This document shows positions 1 through 15,943 of a stretch of DNA of 64,000 nucleotides, piece by piece. The stretch is from Myxococcota bacterium. Its GTDB lineage: Bacteria; Myxococcota_A; Polyangia; Nannocystales; Nannocystaceae. The notes beneath the pieces are model-generated. The model saw only the letters and a list, made by a program, of their open reading frames with translations, was not told where the DNA came from and ran no database searches. Within the stretch, counting starts at the first letter, position 1, and each line of letters opens with the position of its first letter. The stretch lies in the NCBI GenBank assembly GCA_039028615.1, contig JBCCHT010000036.1:64861-128860 (forward strand). The letters are read 5' to 3'. The position numbers and the translations under genes were made by a program.

Positions 1-1810
<1,810 letters not shown>

Positions 1811-1973
1811 GGGAGGTGCGGGTCCTTTCTAAGAACGCGGGGGTGAACTCGTTCGGGAGACGTTGGGGAGAAGTCGGACCGGAGCGCGGATGTCCGCGGC
1901 TTCGGCTTCGCTCCTGGGAGGAGCGTGAGGTCCCGCGCGCCCCCAACGGCAGCGCAGGCTTCGAGCGGCCCGC

Positions 1974-2001
1974 AGCCTAAGGCCACGGTGGACCAAGTCA
2001 A
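1974..2001 (-). promoter_or_regulatory. Putative sigma70-type promoter of dnaK
   Basis: Minus strand TTGACT-16 nt-TAGGCT, downstream of the lon terminator. Confidence 0.5.
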
Positions 2002-2081
2002 CCCCCCAAAAACCGCTTGGAACGGGCTTTTTGTGGGGGAACGCGGCCGGACCGGAACGAGCGACCGAATCCGGGCACGCG

Positions 2082-2110
2082 AAAACGGGGCCCCGTAGCT
2101 CACGGGGCCC
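2082..2110 (-). terminator. Intrinsic terminator after lon
   Basis: 9-bp stem GGGCCCCGT/ACGGGGCCC with a 5-nt loop, followed on the minus strand by CGTTTT. Confidence 0.65.
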
Positions 2111-2154
2111 TGTCGAGGTCGCCAACCCGGAGGATGGCGACCCATTCCCGAGGA

Positions 2155-4575
<2,421 letters not shown>

Positions 4576-4596
4576 CTAGGGCGTTTTCCGGCGGCA

Positions 4597-4624
4597 ACCG
4601 TAACACCGGGCCGGATCGTGTCAA
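4597..4624 (-). promoter_or_regulatory. Putative sigma70 promoter of lon
   Basis: Minus strand TTGACA-16 nt-TACGGT with TG just upstream of the -10. Confidence 0.6.
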
Positions 4625-4688
4625 CCGGTTGGGCGGGCCGGGGCCGGAGACCCCCGCCGGGAGTGCAATGGGTGCTAGGCTCCACCCC

Positions 4689-6554
<1,866 letters not shown>

Positions 6555-6560
6555 ACCAAC

Positions 6561-6592
6561 AAAAAGAGCCCGGAGCGGCCGGCTCCGAGCTC
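6561..6592 (-). terminator. Intrinsic terminator of the small gene at 6618-6800
   Basis: Minus strand GAGCTCGGAGC-CGGCC-GCTCCGGGCTC-TTTTT: 11-bp stem with one U.G pair, then a U tract. Confidence 0.8.
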
Positions 6593-6617
6593 GATTCGTG
6601 CACCGCGAGGGCTCGCG

Positions 6618-6800
6618 TCAGTCCCAGCGGCTTCGCACCGCGCGACGCGGACGCTGGTCGAAGTGCTCATCGGCGTCGAGCTCCTCGAGAAGCTCCAGCT
6701 CTTCCTTGCCCAGCGATTCGTGGTGGGAGAACGAGCCGCGCAGGGCCTCGCGCTGAAAGTCTTGGAAGCTGTTGTACCCGCTGCGGAAGTAGCTGCTCAC
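6618..6800 (-). CDS. Small (60 aa) charged protein of unknown function
   Basis: GTG start with AGGAG about 10 nt upstream; MSSYFRSGYNSFQDFQREALRGSFSHHESLGKEELELLEELDADEHFDQRPRRAVRSRWD; strongly G/C-ending codons; own terminator. It is the 3' third of ORF 6618..7166. Confidence 0.75.
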   Translation of the reverse strand: MSSYFRSGYNSFQDFQREALRGSFSHHESLGKEELELLEELDADEHFDQRPRRAVRSRWD

Positions 6801-7094
6801 GTGTCGTCGTCTCCTGAAGCTCGTAGTCGATTGCGTGGGGGGTGAAGGGGCCGGGGAAAGGCCGGGCTGCCGCGGTCGCATCGCGGGGGCTTCGGTCCTC
6901 GTCGAGCCCGTCGCGGCCCGTCCGGTGAGCAGAAGGTATTCCTTGCACCTACATGTAGACAAGAATCTTACCGATCCACGAAATCCTGAACGGCTTGTCA
7001 GTTCGGGACCTGGGGACAGCCTCAGGCCCGCCCCCATCGATGACTGCCGCCCCGGGCTGCTCAGGCCCCGCGACAGTGGTAAGGATGGCCGGCC

Positions 7095-7922
7095 GTGCCC
7101 AGCACTTCTGCCGCCCAACGCCGCGCGCCACAGTCCCGCCCCACCGTCATCGCCATCAGCAACCAAAAGGGTGGCGAGGGGAAGACGACGACGGCCGTGA
7201 ACCTGGCCGCCAGCCTCGCTGCCGGTGAAAAACGAGTGCTGCTGGTCGATCTCGATCCGCAGTCGAACGCGAGCTCTTCGGTCGGCTTCCCGCGCGGCAC
7301 CGTGGACGCGGGCACCTACGAGCTGCTGCTCGGCGGGGTGCGAGCGACCGACATCGTCAAGGCCACCGAGCTCCCCACCCTATGGGTGATCCCAGCGTCG
7401 GAGCACCTGGCAGCGGCCGAGGTCGAGCTGGTCAACGTCGACGACCGCGAGACCGCGCTGCGCCGCGCTCTCGCCCCGCTGTGGGACGACGACCGCTTCG
7501 ACTACGTGATCTTCGATTGCCCGCCCTCGCTCGGGCTGCTCACCATCAATGCGTTGGTCGCCGCCGATCGGGTCATCATCCCGATGCAGGCCAAGTATTT
7601 CTCGCTCGAGGGCCTCGGGGCGCTCAACGGCACCATCGATGCGGTCAAGCAGGGGCTCAACCCCCAGCTGACGATCGAAGGCATCGTGTTCTGCATGTTC
7701 GACGCCCGCACCAACCTCGCCCAGCAGGTGGTCAGCGAGGTCCGCGAGCACTTCGGCAACATCGTCTACGAGACGGTGGTGCCCATCAACATTCGCCTGT
7801 CCGAGAGCCCCAGCTTCGGCAAGCCGGCCCTGCTCTACGACATCGAGAGCAAGGGCGCCCAGGCGTACTTGGCGTTGGCCCGCGAGGTCCTGTCGCGCTT
7901 CGAGACCCGAGGTGCCGCGTGA
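7095..7922 (+). CDS. parA: ParA/Soj family partitioning ATPase
   Basis: NQKGGEGKTTT deviant Walker A, DLDPQ, DCPPSLG, LSESPSFG. Confidence 0.95.
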   Translation: MPSTSAAQRRAPQSRPTVIAISNQKGGEGKTTTAVNLAASLAAGEKRVLLVDLDPQSNASSSVGFPRGTVDAGTYELLLGGVRATDIVKATELPTLWVIPASEHLAAAEVELVNVDDRETALRRALAPLWDDDRFDYVIFDCPPSLGLLTINALVAADRVIIPMQAKYFSLEGLGALNGTIDAVKQGLNPQLTIEGIVFCMFDARTNLAQQVVSEVREHFGNIVYETVVPINIRLSESPSFGKPALLYDIESKGAQAYLALAREVLSRFETRGAA

Positions 7923-8905
7923 GCAGCAGCAAGAGCAGCAAGGGCGGCAAGAGCAGCAAGCGTCGACCCGCTCTGGGGCGCGGCCTGGGTGCGCTGCTGC
8001 CCACGGCTCCCTCGGCCCCGTCCAGCACCGAGGCAGCCCCTGCGCCGAGCGTAGAGCCGGGAGAGACCGCCGCGCCGCCCGGCGAAGGCCTGCGCACGAT
8101 TCCCATCGAGCGGCTGTCACCGGGACCGGACCAGCCCCGCAAGTACTTCGATCCGGACGCGCTGGCCGAGCTGGCGAGCAGCATCGAGACCCAAGGCATC
8201 ATCCAGCCGATCGTGGTGTGCCCCGGTCCGCCCAGCCCGGGCCAGCCCCGCCACTACCTCATCGTCGCGGGTGAGCGACGGTGGCGAGCCGCCCAGCAAG
8301 CGGGCCTGCACGAGGTGCCGGTCGTCGTGCGCGACGTGGACGACGAAGAGCGGCTCGAGCTGGCCTTGGTCGAGAACATCCAGCGCGCCGACCTCAACCC
8401 GATCGAAGAGGCCCGCGCCTACTCGCAGCTGCTCACGCTGCGCAGCTGGACCCAAGACGAGCTCGCCGGTCGCGTGGGCAAGGACCGCAGCACCATCGCC
8501 AATGCGCTGCGTCTTCTGCGGCTGCCCGACAAGGTCCAGGAATTCGTCCGTGAAGGTCGACTCTCGATGGGTCACGCCCGCACCCTGCTGGGGCTCGAGC
8601 AAGAGGCCGACATCGTGTCGCTCGCCAAGGAGGTCCTGCGCTCGGGCATGAGCGTGCGGGCCACCGAGCAGGCCGTCCGCAAGCACAACGCCCCCGCCGC
8701 GGCCCCGGCCAACCCCGACGACGACGCGCAGCGCCGCAAGATCATCGTCAAGGAGCTCGAAGACCGGCTGCGTCGCCGGCTCGGCGTGCGGGTGAAGCTC
8801 AAGGCCCGCGGCAAGAACAAGGGCACGGGGACCGTCGAGATCCCCTACGCCAGCCTCGACGAGCTCGATCGCGTCCTGCAGGTGATCATGGGCAACGCGA
8901 ACTGA
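7919..8905 (+). CDS. parB: ParB/Spo0J chromosome partitioning protein
   Basis: GTGA overlap with the parA stop; ALGRGLGALL, QPRKYFD, GIIQPIVV, IVAGERRWRAA, ENIQRADLNPIEEA, HTH region. Confidence 0.95.
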   Translation: MSSSKSSKGGKSSKRRPALGRGLGALLPTAPSAPSSTEAAPAPSVEPGETAAPPGEGLRTIPIERLSPGPDQPRKYFDPDALAELASSIETQGIIQPIVVCPGPPSPGQPRHYLIVAGERRWRAAQQAGLHEVPVVVRDVDDEERLELALVENIQRADLNPIEEARAYSQLLTLRSWTQDELAGRVGKDRSTIANALRLLRLPDKVQEFVREGRLSMGHARTLLGLEQEADIVSLAKEVLRSGMSVRATEQAVRKHNAPAAAPANPDDDAQRRKIIVKELEDRLRRRLGVRVKLKARGKNKGTGTVEIPYASLDELDRVLQVIMGNAN

Positions 8906-9099
8906 ATCTCGTTGTCGAGGCGTGCGAAATGTGAGGGTCTACCCCACCTCGTTCGGCCTCAAATGCAACGCGAGCACGAGCGTTCGACGGCGCGATTTGC
9001 ACGGGACGGTCATGAACCGAACCCCCGGAGCGAATCAATGCCGCAATTTCCGTATGGGAGCTAGCGAGCGGAGCGCGTCATCGGCGAGACTGAGTCCGC

Positions 9100-9876
9100 G
9101 TGCCCCAAGACGATGGCAAGGGCGAAGAGGGGTCGGTTCAGGCACCCGCGCCCGCAGACGATTCCAACCCGTCGAGTCGACGGAAGGATCCCCGCGTCTC
9201 GCAGGTGCTCCCGCTCGAGTACCGTAACGCCGGCCATCTTCTCGTCAGCTACTGCACCAACTTGTCACGCGGCGGGGTGTTCCTGCCGACGCCCGACCCG
9301 TTGCCGCCCGGCGAAGCGCTGACGCTGTCGCTGCGGGTGCCCGGTCACGACAAGCCGGTCCAGCTGCACGCCCGCGTCCGCTGGGTGCGAAGCACCGACT
9401 CCGAGCGAGGCCCCGCGGGCATGGGCCTGTCCTTCAAGAATGTCGACGCCGTACTCGGCGACACCATCGATTCGATCGTGTCCGGTTTCTTGCCGCTCCG
9501 CGTCGACCTGGTCGGGGCCCGGCCGGCGGCGTGGCATCACGTGGCCGCGCTGGTGCGCGCGCTGCTGACCTGCGAGACTCACGAGCATCCGCTGTCGCCC
9601 GACCTCGCGCCTTCGCTCGGCGATGCGGACTTGGTCATCGTGGATCTGGAGCGCTACCCGGAGCAGGGCATCGTGGTGCTCGAAGGGTTGAGCTCCCTGC
9701 CCCGCCCGCCGCCACGCATCGCGCTGTGCCCCGGTCGCGACGAGATGCTGCGCAGCAAGGCCGGGGTGCTGGCCCGCGTGGTGCCCACGCCCGCCGACAA
9801 CGGCGAGCTGCGGCAGCAGGTGCTCGAGGCGGTCAGCGAAGTGCATGCACGCTGGCCTCCCGTCGACGCCAAGTGA
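9100..9876 (+). CDS. PilZ-domain protein with a degenerate receiver-like C-terminus
   Basis: RKDPR (RxxxR) and NLSRGG c-di-GMP motifs, ARVRW...GMGLSF; C-terminal DLVIVDL. Confidence 0.8.
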   Translation: MPQDDGKGEEGSVQAPAPADDSNPSSRRKDPRVSQVLPLEYRNAGHLLVSYCTNLSRGGVFLPTPDPLPPGEALTLSLRVPGHDKPVQLHARVRWVRSTDSERGPAGMGLSFKNVDAVLGDTIDSIVSGFLPLRVDLVGARPAAWHHVAALVRALLTCETHEHPLSPDLAPSLGDADLVIVDLERYPEQGIVVLEGLSSLPRPPPRIALCPGRDEMLRSKAGVLARVVPTPADNGELRQQVLEAVSEVHARWPPVDAK

Positions 9877-9957
9877 AGGCGGAGACTCCAGGTGCACGAA
9901 ACCCGAGCACCCCACCGCGACGACGCGGACGGGCTCGGGTCGGCTCGCCGACCCGGG

Positions 9958-10806
9958 CTAGCGCTGCTCGGCCGAGGTGACGACGTTGCGCATGAGGCCG
10001 GCGATGGTCATCGGACCCACGCCGCCGGGCACGGGCGTGATGGCGCCCGCGCGCTCTTTGGCCGCCTCGAAGTCGACGTCGCCCGCGAGCTTGCCCGTAT
10101 CGAGCCGGTTCATGCCGACGTCGATGATGGTCGCGCCGGGCCGAATCCACTCACCTTGGACCAGGTTGGCTCGGCCCACGGCCGCGACCACGATGTCGGC
10201 ACGAGAGACCTCTTCGGCCAAGTCGGTGGTACGCGAGTGAGCGATGGTCACCGTGGCATGGGCCGCGAGCAGTAGCTGCGCCATGGGCTTACCCACGATA
10301 TTCGAACGCCCAATGACCAGCGCCCGCTTGCCCGCGGGATCGCAGCCGGCTTCTTCGAGCAGCCGCATGCAGCCGGCCGGAGTGCAGGGCACGAAGCGCG
10401 GCTTGCCGAGCATGAGCCGCCCCAGGTTGTCGGGGTGAAAGCCGTCGACGTCCTTGGCCGGATCGATCGCCAGCAGCACCGCGTCGGAATCGATGTGCGA
10501 CGGCAGCGGAAGCTGAACGAGGATGCCGTCGACCTGGGCGTCGGCGTTGAGCTCGGCGATGAGCCCGAGCAACGACTCGGTGGTGGTGTCGTCGGCGGGC
10601 AGTCGGTGGTCGCGGGTGGCGATGCCGACCTCGGCCGCCCGGCGCCCCTTGTTGCGCACGTAGATCTGCGAGGCGGGATCGTCACCGACCAACACCACCG
10701 CCAAGGTCGGTGTCACTCCCCGGGCCGCGCAGGCCTCGACGCGCACGCGGACCTCGTCGAGGACCCGGGCGGAGATCGCTTTGCCGTCGATGATCGCGGC
10801 GGTCAT
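9958..10806 (-). CDS. folD: Methylenetetrahydrofolate dehydrogenase/cyclohydrolase
   Basis: [45 protein letters not shown]. Confidence 0.98.
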   Translation of the reverse strand: MTAAIIDGKAISARVLDEVRVRVEACAARGVTPTLAVVLVGDDPASQIYVRNKGRRAAEVGIATRDHRLPADDTTTESLLGLIAELNADAQVDGILVQLPLPSHIDSDAVLLAIDPAKDVDGFHPDNLGRLMLGKPRFVPCTPAGCMRLLEEAGCDPAGKRALVIGRSNIVGKPMAQLLLAAHATVTIAHSRTTDLAEEVSRADIVVAAVGRANLVQGEWIRPGATIIDVGMNRLDTGKLAGDVDFEAAKERAGAITPVPGGVGPMTIAGLMRNVVTSAEQR

Positions 10807-11159
10807 GCCGACGCCGCCGACGAAGAGCCACCGCTCGAGGACGACGAGCCACCGCTCGAGGACGACGAACCACCGTCGGAACTGCTGCTCGACGTGGACG
10901 CGCTGGAGCTGGAATCGGAGCTGGAGCTACCACTGTCGCTCGAGCTGCTTCCTCCGCTGCTGCTGCCTCCACCGCCCGTGGTGCTGCCGTAGCCGTCCTT
11001 GTACCAACCGCCCCCTTTGAGGTGGAACGCGGCGGAGGTGATCTGCTTCTCCAACCGACCGCCGCAGCTGGAACACTCCGTCAGCGGATCGTCGGAGAAG
11101 CGCTGGATGTGCTCCTCTTCCGCACCGCAGTCTTGGCACTCGTACACGTAGATCGGCAT
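10803..11159 (-). CDS. FmdB-family zinc-ribbon regulatory protein with Ser/Gly tail
   Basis: [12 protein letters not shown]...CSSCGG...[17 protein letters not shown] overlap with folD. Confidence 0.88.
   Translation of the reverse strand: MPIYVYECQDCGAEEEHIQRFSDDPLTECSSCGGRLEKQITSAAFHLKGGGWYKDGYGSTTGGGGSSSGGSSSSDSGSSSSDSSSSASTSSSSSDGGSSSSSGGSSSSSGGSSSAASA
10818..10880. repeat. 21-bp coding tandem repeat (GGSSSSS), about 3 copies
   Basis: Repeated gacgagccaccgctcgaggac-like units encoding the Ser/Gly tail. Confidence 0.7.
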
Positions 11160-11389
11160 GAGACCGGCGAACTGTAGGCATTGGAGTTCTGCCGTCAAGG
11201 CGCCGCGGCCCCGCCGCGAGACTCGGTTCGCTCCAGCTGGAGAGCGTCGTCGCAATTTTCATGGCAGTGGCATCGTTCGACCCGACCGGTGCGTACCTAG
11301 CGACGATGGCCCGGGTTCGACTTCGCGTTCGTCCCAAGACACTGCCAATGGGGACCAGGGGCACGCGAGGACCTGCTAAACTCGAACTC

Positions 11390-14300
11390 GTGCCATCCCC
11401 GCGCCTGCGCCCACGCCGCATTCTCCGTTGCGTCGTAGCGTTGACGATGGGCTCGCTCGTGGCTGGGGTCGCCACGCCAACGCACGCCGCTCCGGCCGAC
11501 GACTGGTCGCTCGAGCGACGGCGTGACGATCCCAAACTCGTGAGCCAACGCATGACCAAGCTCGAGCGCAACCCGTTCGACCAAGCGCAGTGGAGAGCGT
11601 TGGTCAAAGCGATCGGCCTGCCGAGCCTCGCGTCCAAGATCCGTAAGGCTCGCAAGTCCCGACCTCGCGCCACCGCCCTGACGATCCTCGAAGCGAGGGT
11701 CGAGGCGGCCGAGGGCGACCCGGCCAAGGCCGCCGCTCGCCTGGCCGAACTCGAAGCGACCGCGGGGCGCTGGAAGGGCCGCATCTTCGAGCAACGCATC
11801 GACTGGCTGGAGGCCGCGGGCGACCGCCGCTCCGCCGCCCGAGCGCTGCAGGCCAAGGCCGACGCGAGCACCGGATCCACGCGTCAGTCGTTGCTCGAGC
11901 GCGCCTACGTGATGGCCGATCACGGCGACCTGCAAGACACCGCGCTCGAGCTCGCGCGCACCCTCGCCGACGAGCACCCCGACGAGAGCAAGGCCCAGCT
12001 GCGACTGGCTCGCGCCGCCACCCAGGCAGGTGAAGGGCGCGTGGCGGACGATGCCTACGCCAAGGCCATCGCGGGCAGCTCCAAGCGAGACCACGACGAG
12101 CTGACCTCCGAGCGCGCCCAGGCCCGCATGCGCACCGACAACCCCACGGGTGCGGCCGAGCTGCTGTGGACCCTGCTCGAAGACGCGGGGCGAGGCTCCA
12201 AGGCGGTGCGAGCGGTGCGTTGGGACCACCTGGCCGATGCGCATCGGCGGGCGGGCACCACCGACTTGTTGGTCGCCCGGCTCGGCACCTGGGTGGCCGC
12301 GCATCCCAGCGAGGCGGCGGCGTGGCACACCTTGGCTTCGGCGCAGTCGAGCGCAGGCATCGATGCGACCGAGACCTGGCGAAAGTCGCTCGAGCTCTCC
12401 CCGCGCGACGTCGAGAGCCACACCGCGCTGGTCGAGGCGCTCGAGGGCCAGGGCAAGACCCAAGAAGCGCTCGACGAGTTCCGTCGCCTGCTGTCGCGGC
12501 ACCCCTCCGAGATCGAACAAGGCCTCGAGCTGGCCACGCGACTCATCACTGCGGGCGAACGAGAGCTCGGCCTCGAGCTGGCCGGCGAAATCGAGTCCCG
12601 CATCAGCCGAAAAGCCAAGTCGTTGCTCGTCTTGCTCGACTTCTACAACCTCAACGACGAGGGCAAGCGAGCCCTGGCGGTGGCACAGCGGGTGGTCTCG
12701 CTCAAGCCGCGCTCGGCCGACGCCCGCGTCGCGCTGGGGGAGCAGCTGTATCAGATGAACCTGCGCGAGGACGCTCTCGAGCAGTGGGCCATGCTGCCCA
12801 AGCTCGTGCGTCCGGCCCACCGCGGCTGGGCCAAGCACGCCGAGCTGCTCAGCGAACACGGCCTCACCTCCGATGCCGTCGCCTCGCTCAAGGTCGCGCT
12901 CAAGGCCCAGCCTACCGAGCCCAACTACGTGCGGCTGCGGGCGGTGCTCGCCGAAGACCAGCGTCGGCCCGGGCTCGCGCTCGGCCTGTGGGAGCAGGTT
13001 CGGTCCATGGCCACCACCCCCGAGCACAAGCTGCTGCGCGACGAGGCCCGGACCCGCGTGGTCGAGCTGCTCGTCGGGGGTTCGATTCCCAAGCGCCGTC
13101 ACAAGCTCGAAGCCGCGGAGCTGCGCTCCCAGGCCATGCTCGACGCCGGAGATCCGCTCGAGGATGCGATCGAGGCGGGGCAGCTGTTGGCCGAGCTGTA
13201 TACCCGCCAGGAAAACTACGGGGCGGCGGTCTCGGTGCAGCAGCGCCTGCTCGAGCTCGACGCCGACGACCCGGATAGGCTCTCCGACTTGGCCGCTGCC
13301 CAGCGCCGCGCCGGACAGGTGCGCTCCGCTTTGGGCACGCTCGAAGAGCTGCTGCACGCCGAGCCCACGCGCAGCGCCGACACCCTGGCCGAGATGTCGG
13401 AGCTTTCGTTCGAGGCGGGCGACGCCCGCGGGGCGCTCGATGCCGCGAGCCGGGCGGCCAAGCGCGACCGCACCCGCGTCGATGCTCTCATCCACCTCGG
13501 TGAGCTTCACGAGCGGCGCGGCGACACCGACGAAGCGCGTCGGGCCTACGAAGAAGCGATCGAAGCCGATCCCCGCGACGCCCGGGCCCGACTGCGGCTC
13601 GCCGAGCTGTCGCTGACCCTGGGTGACCCCGCCCGATCCGCCGAGGCCTTCCGCGAGATCCTCGACCTGGGCGGGCCGCCCGAGCTGCTGCACGCGGCCG
13701 GTCGTCGGGCGCTGGATCTGGCCGAGGCCAGCGACACCACCCAAGAGCTGTTCAGCCTGGCCGTGCGCCGCACCACCGCCAAGCCCGAGGCCGACGAGCC
13801 CCGGCAGTTCCTGCTCGAGGCCCTCGATCGGGTCCAGCCGGCCGAGGTCGAGCGCTGGCTTCGCGACGGTCACGACGACGCCGAGCGCCTGGCCGAGCGG
13901 GTCGAGCACCTGCGACGCCCATTGGTCGCTTCGTTGAGCCGGGGCTCGGTGAGCACCCGGCTGCGGGCGGCCGAGCACCTCGGGCGGCTGAGCCTGCCCG
14001 ACACCGCCGAGCCGCTGGCCCAGCTCGGCGCGTCGCTGCGCGCCCCCCGAGACTCCACCGCGACCGTGCGGAGCGCGTTCGATCGCACCCGTGTCACCGC
14101 GATCGAAGCCGCGGGCCGATTGCGCGATCCCGCCGCGATCACCCATTTCCGCGACATTCTTCACGACGCCTCGCAGACCCAGGGAGCACGCCACGCCGCC
14201 GCCTGGGCCCTGGCCGGGATCGGCGGCCCCGAGGCGGCCGACGTCCTGCGGCGCTACGTCGCCTACGACTTCGACCCCATGCTGGCCTCGCTGGGCTGCC

Positions 14301-14920
14301 TGGTGCTCAGCCAGCTGCCGCGGCAGGACCTGGACTCGGAGACCGCATTCTCCATCTCGTACACCGCGCGCGATCACGGCAATCCCACCGTGAGGCACGC
14401 CTGCGCCTTCGCCGAGGCCGCACTGACCCCCGATGGCCGGGTGGCGCGGCTGCACGAGCAGCTGCGCGCCACCGACCCGATGTTGTCGGGGATCGCCGCG
14501 TGGCGACTGGGCCGCGTGAAACGGCCGAGCGAGGCCGACGTCGAGGCCCTGCTGACGCGCTACCTAGGCCCCGCTGGCCTACCCCGAACCGCCGCGATCG
14601 CGGGCCTGGCTGGGGTGGTCGACCCACGACCTGCGGCCCCCGTCGAGGCCCTGCCCACGCCCACGAGCCGTGGAGACTGGGGAACGACCATCGAGCGCTG
14701 GCTCCGGGCCCGCGTGGCCCCCCGGGTACAGGCTTTGCCCGACGGCGCCCTCGACCCCTGGGCGGTCCAGATCGATACGGCCCTGCGCACCGCTGAATCG
14801 GGCACCCGCGTCGAGCGAGAAGCCGCCGACGAGGCCCGCTGCGAAACCTCGTCGGGTGCCCCCGCGGCCTGCCTATCGCCCCTGGTGGACCGACCGATTC
14901 CCCTGCCCGTGCGCGATTGA
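11390..14920 (+). CDS. Large exported TPR/HEAT-repeat protein
   Basis: Signal-peptide-like N-terminus, many TPR-like helices, HEAT-like C-terminal repeats. Start set at GTG 11390 (TAAACT 7 nt upstream); the ORF track starts at 11261. Confidence 0.8.
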   Translation: MPSPRLRPRRILRCVVALTMGSLVAGVATPTHAAPADDWSLERRRDDPKLVSQRMTKLERNPFDQAQWRALVKAIGLPSLASKIRKARKSRPRATALTILEARVEAAEGDPAKAAARLAELEATAGRWKGRIFEQRIDWLEAAGDRRSAARALQAKADASTGSTRQSLLERAYVMADHGDLQDTALELARTLADEHPDESKAQLRLARAATQAGEGRVADDAYAKAIAGSSKRDHDELTSERAQARMRTDNPTGAAELLWTLLEDAGRGSKAVRAVRWDHLADAHRRAGTTDLLVARLGTWVAAHPSEAAAWHTLASAQSSAGIDATETWRKSLELSPRDVESHTALVEALEGQGKTQEALDEFRRLLSRHPSEIEQGLELATRLITAGERELGLELAGEIESRISRKAKSLLVLLDFYNLNDEGKRALAVAQRVVSLKPRSADARVALGEQLYQMNLREDALEQWAMLPKLVRPAHRGWAKHAELLSEHGLTSDAVASLKVALKAQPTEPNYVRLRAVLAEDQRRPGLALGLWEQVRSMATTPEHKLLRDEARTRVVELLVGGSIPKRRHKLEAAELRSQAMLDAGDPLEDAIEAGQLLAELYTRQENYGAAVSVQQRLLELDADDPDRLSDLAAAQRRAGQVRSALGTLEELLHAEPTRSADTLAEMSELSFEAGDARGALDAASRAAKRDRTRVDALIHLGELHERRGDTDEARRAYEEAIEADPRDARARLRLAELSLTLGDPARSAEAFREILDLGGPPELLHAAGRRALDLAEASDTTQELFSLAVRRTTAKPEADEPRQFLLEALDRVQPAEVERWLRDGHDDAERLAERVEHLRRPLVASLSRGSVSTRLRAAEHLGRLSLPDTAEPLAQLGASLRAPRDSTATVRSAFDRTRVTAIEAAGRLRDPAAITHFRDILHDASQTQGARHAAAWALAGIGGPEAADVLRRYVAYDFDPMLASLGCLVLSQLPRQDLDSETAFSISYTARDHGNPTVRHACAFAEAALTPDGRVARLHEQLRATDPMLSGIAAWRLGRVKRPSEADVEALLTRYLGPAGLPRTAAIAGLAGVVDPRPAAPVEALPTPTSRGDWGTTIERWLRARVAPRVQALPDGALDPWAVQIDTALRTAESGTRVEREAADEARCETSSGAPAACLSPLVDRPIPLPVRD

Positions 14921-15927
14921 CAACCCAGGGCGCCGCAACGCAGGATGCGTGGGCCATGCAGCTGGGCCTCGCCTGCCACGTATGTGGACAGCTCAACCCT
15001 CTGACGGTCCAAGCGTGCAACCGGTGTGGAACCGTGCTCGCGCCTGCGACCGCCGGTGCCCCCGCCCCCGCCCCTGGCGGGCCGCAAGCGGTTGCTTCGC
15101 CACCTGGACCCGTGCCGGGTGCACCCCCCGGAGGAGGAACGCCGCCCGCCGGTCTCGAAGACCTCGAGACCCGGCCGCAGCAGCGCTTCGACCCCGCCAC
15201 CGGTCAGCCGCTCGACGGCGCCGCCGATCAGCCGGGTCAGCCCGCCGCCAAGACCATGTTCTTCGGCGCGCTGCAGCAGCAGCCGGTCGTGCCTCGGCTG
15301 GTCGTCATCAAGGGCGAGGGAGGCGACGGGGCCACCTATCACCTGCAGGGCACCACCACGACCATCGGTCGCTCGTCGGCCGACATCACGTTCTCCGAAG
15401 ACCCGTTCCTGAGCCCCGAGCACGCCAAGTTCACCGCTCAGACCGGTCGCCTCTTCGTGCAGGACCTCGAGAGCGCCAACGGGGTGTTCTTGCGGATCAA
15501 AAAGCCCACGCCGCTCTACGACGGGGCGTTCCTGCTGGTGGGCGAGCAGCTGCTGCACCTGGTGCACCGCCCCTTCGGGGACGGCTCGCCCAACGAGCGC
15601 GGCACCTACTTCTACGGCAGCCCGCGCCCCGCTGGAGAGTTCCAGGTCATCCAGCACCTCGCCGGCGGTGGTGAAGGCCGGACCGTCACGGCCGAGGGCG
15701 CCTCGCTGTCGATGGGTCGCGAGGGCAACACTATGAACTTTCCCGACGATCGCTTCATCTCCGGGCACCACGCTCGGATCGATGCGTCGTCCGATGGCGA
15801 CCACGTGATCCTGACGGACACGGGCTCGCGCAACGGCACCTTCGTTCGCCTCACCGGGGCGCAGGAACTGTTCCACGGCGACTACCTGTTCGTCGGCCAG
15901 CAGCTCCTGCGCGTCGAGATCGCCTGA
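14917..15927 (+). CDS. Zinc-ribbon plus tandem FHA-domain protein
   Basis: CHVCG...CNRCG; IGRS...LSPEHA...SANGVF; MGRE...ISGHHA...SRNGTF; overlaps the upstream stop. Confidence 0.88.
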   Translation: MTTQGAATQDAWAMQLGLACHVCGQLNPLTVQACNRCGTVLAPATAGAPAPAPGGPQAVASPPGPVPGAPPGGGTPPAGLEDLETRPQQRFDPATGQPLDGAADQPGQPAAKTMFFGALQQQPVVPRLVVIKGEGGDGATYHLQGTTTTIGRSSADITFSEDPFLSPEHAKFTAQTGRLFVQDLESANGVFLRIKKPTPLYDGAFLLVGEQLLHLVHRPFGDGSPNERGTYFYGSPRPAGEFQVIQHLAGGGEGRTVTAEGASLSMGREGNTMNFPDDRFISGHHARIDASSDGDHVILTDTGSRNGTFVRLTGAQELFHGDYLFVGQQLLRVEIA

Positions 15928-15943
15928 GCCAGGGGTAGAAGAG

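Noticed and set aside
4661..4680. CIRCE-like half-site GAGTGCAA upstream of lon
   Set aside because: No matching TTAGCACTC arm at the 9-nt spacing.
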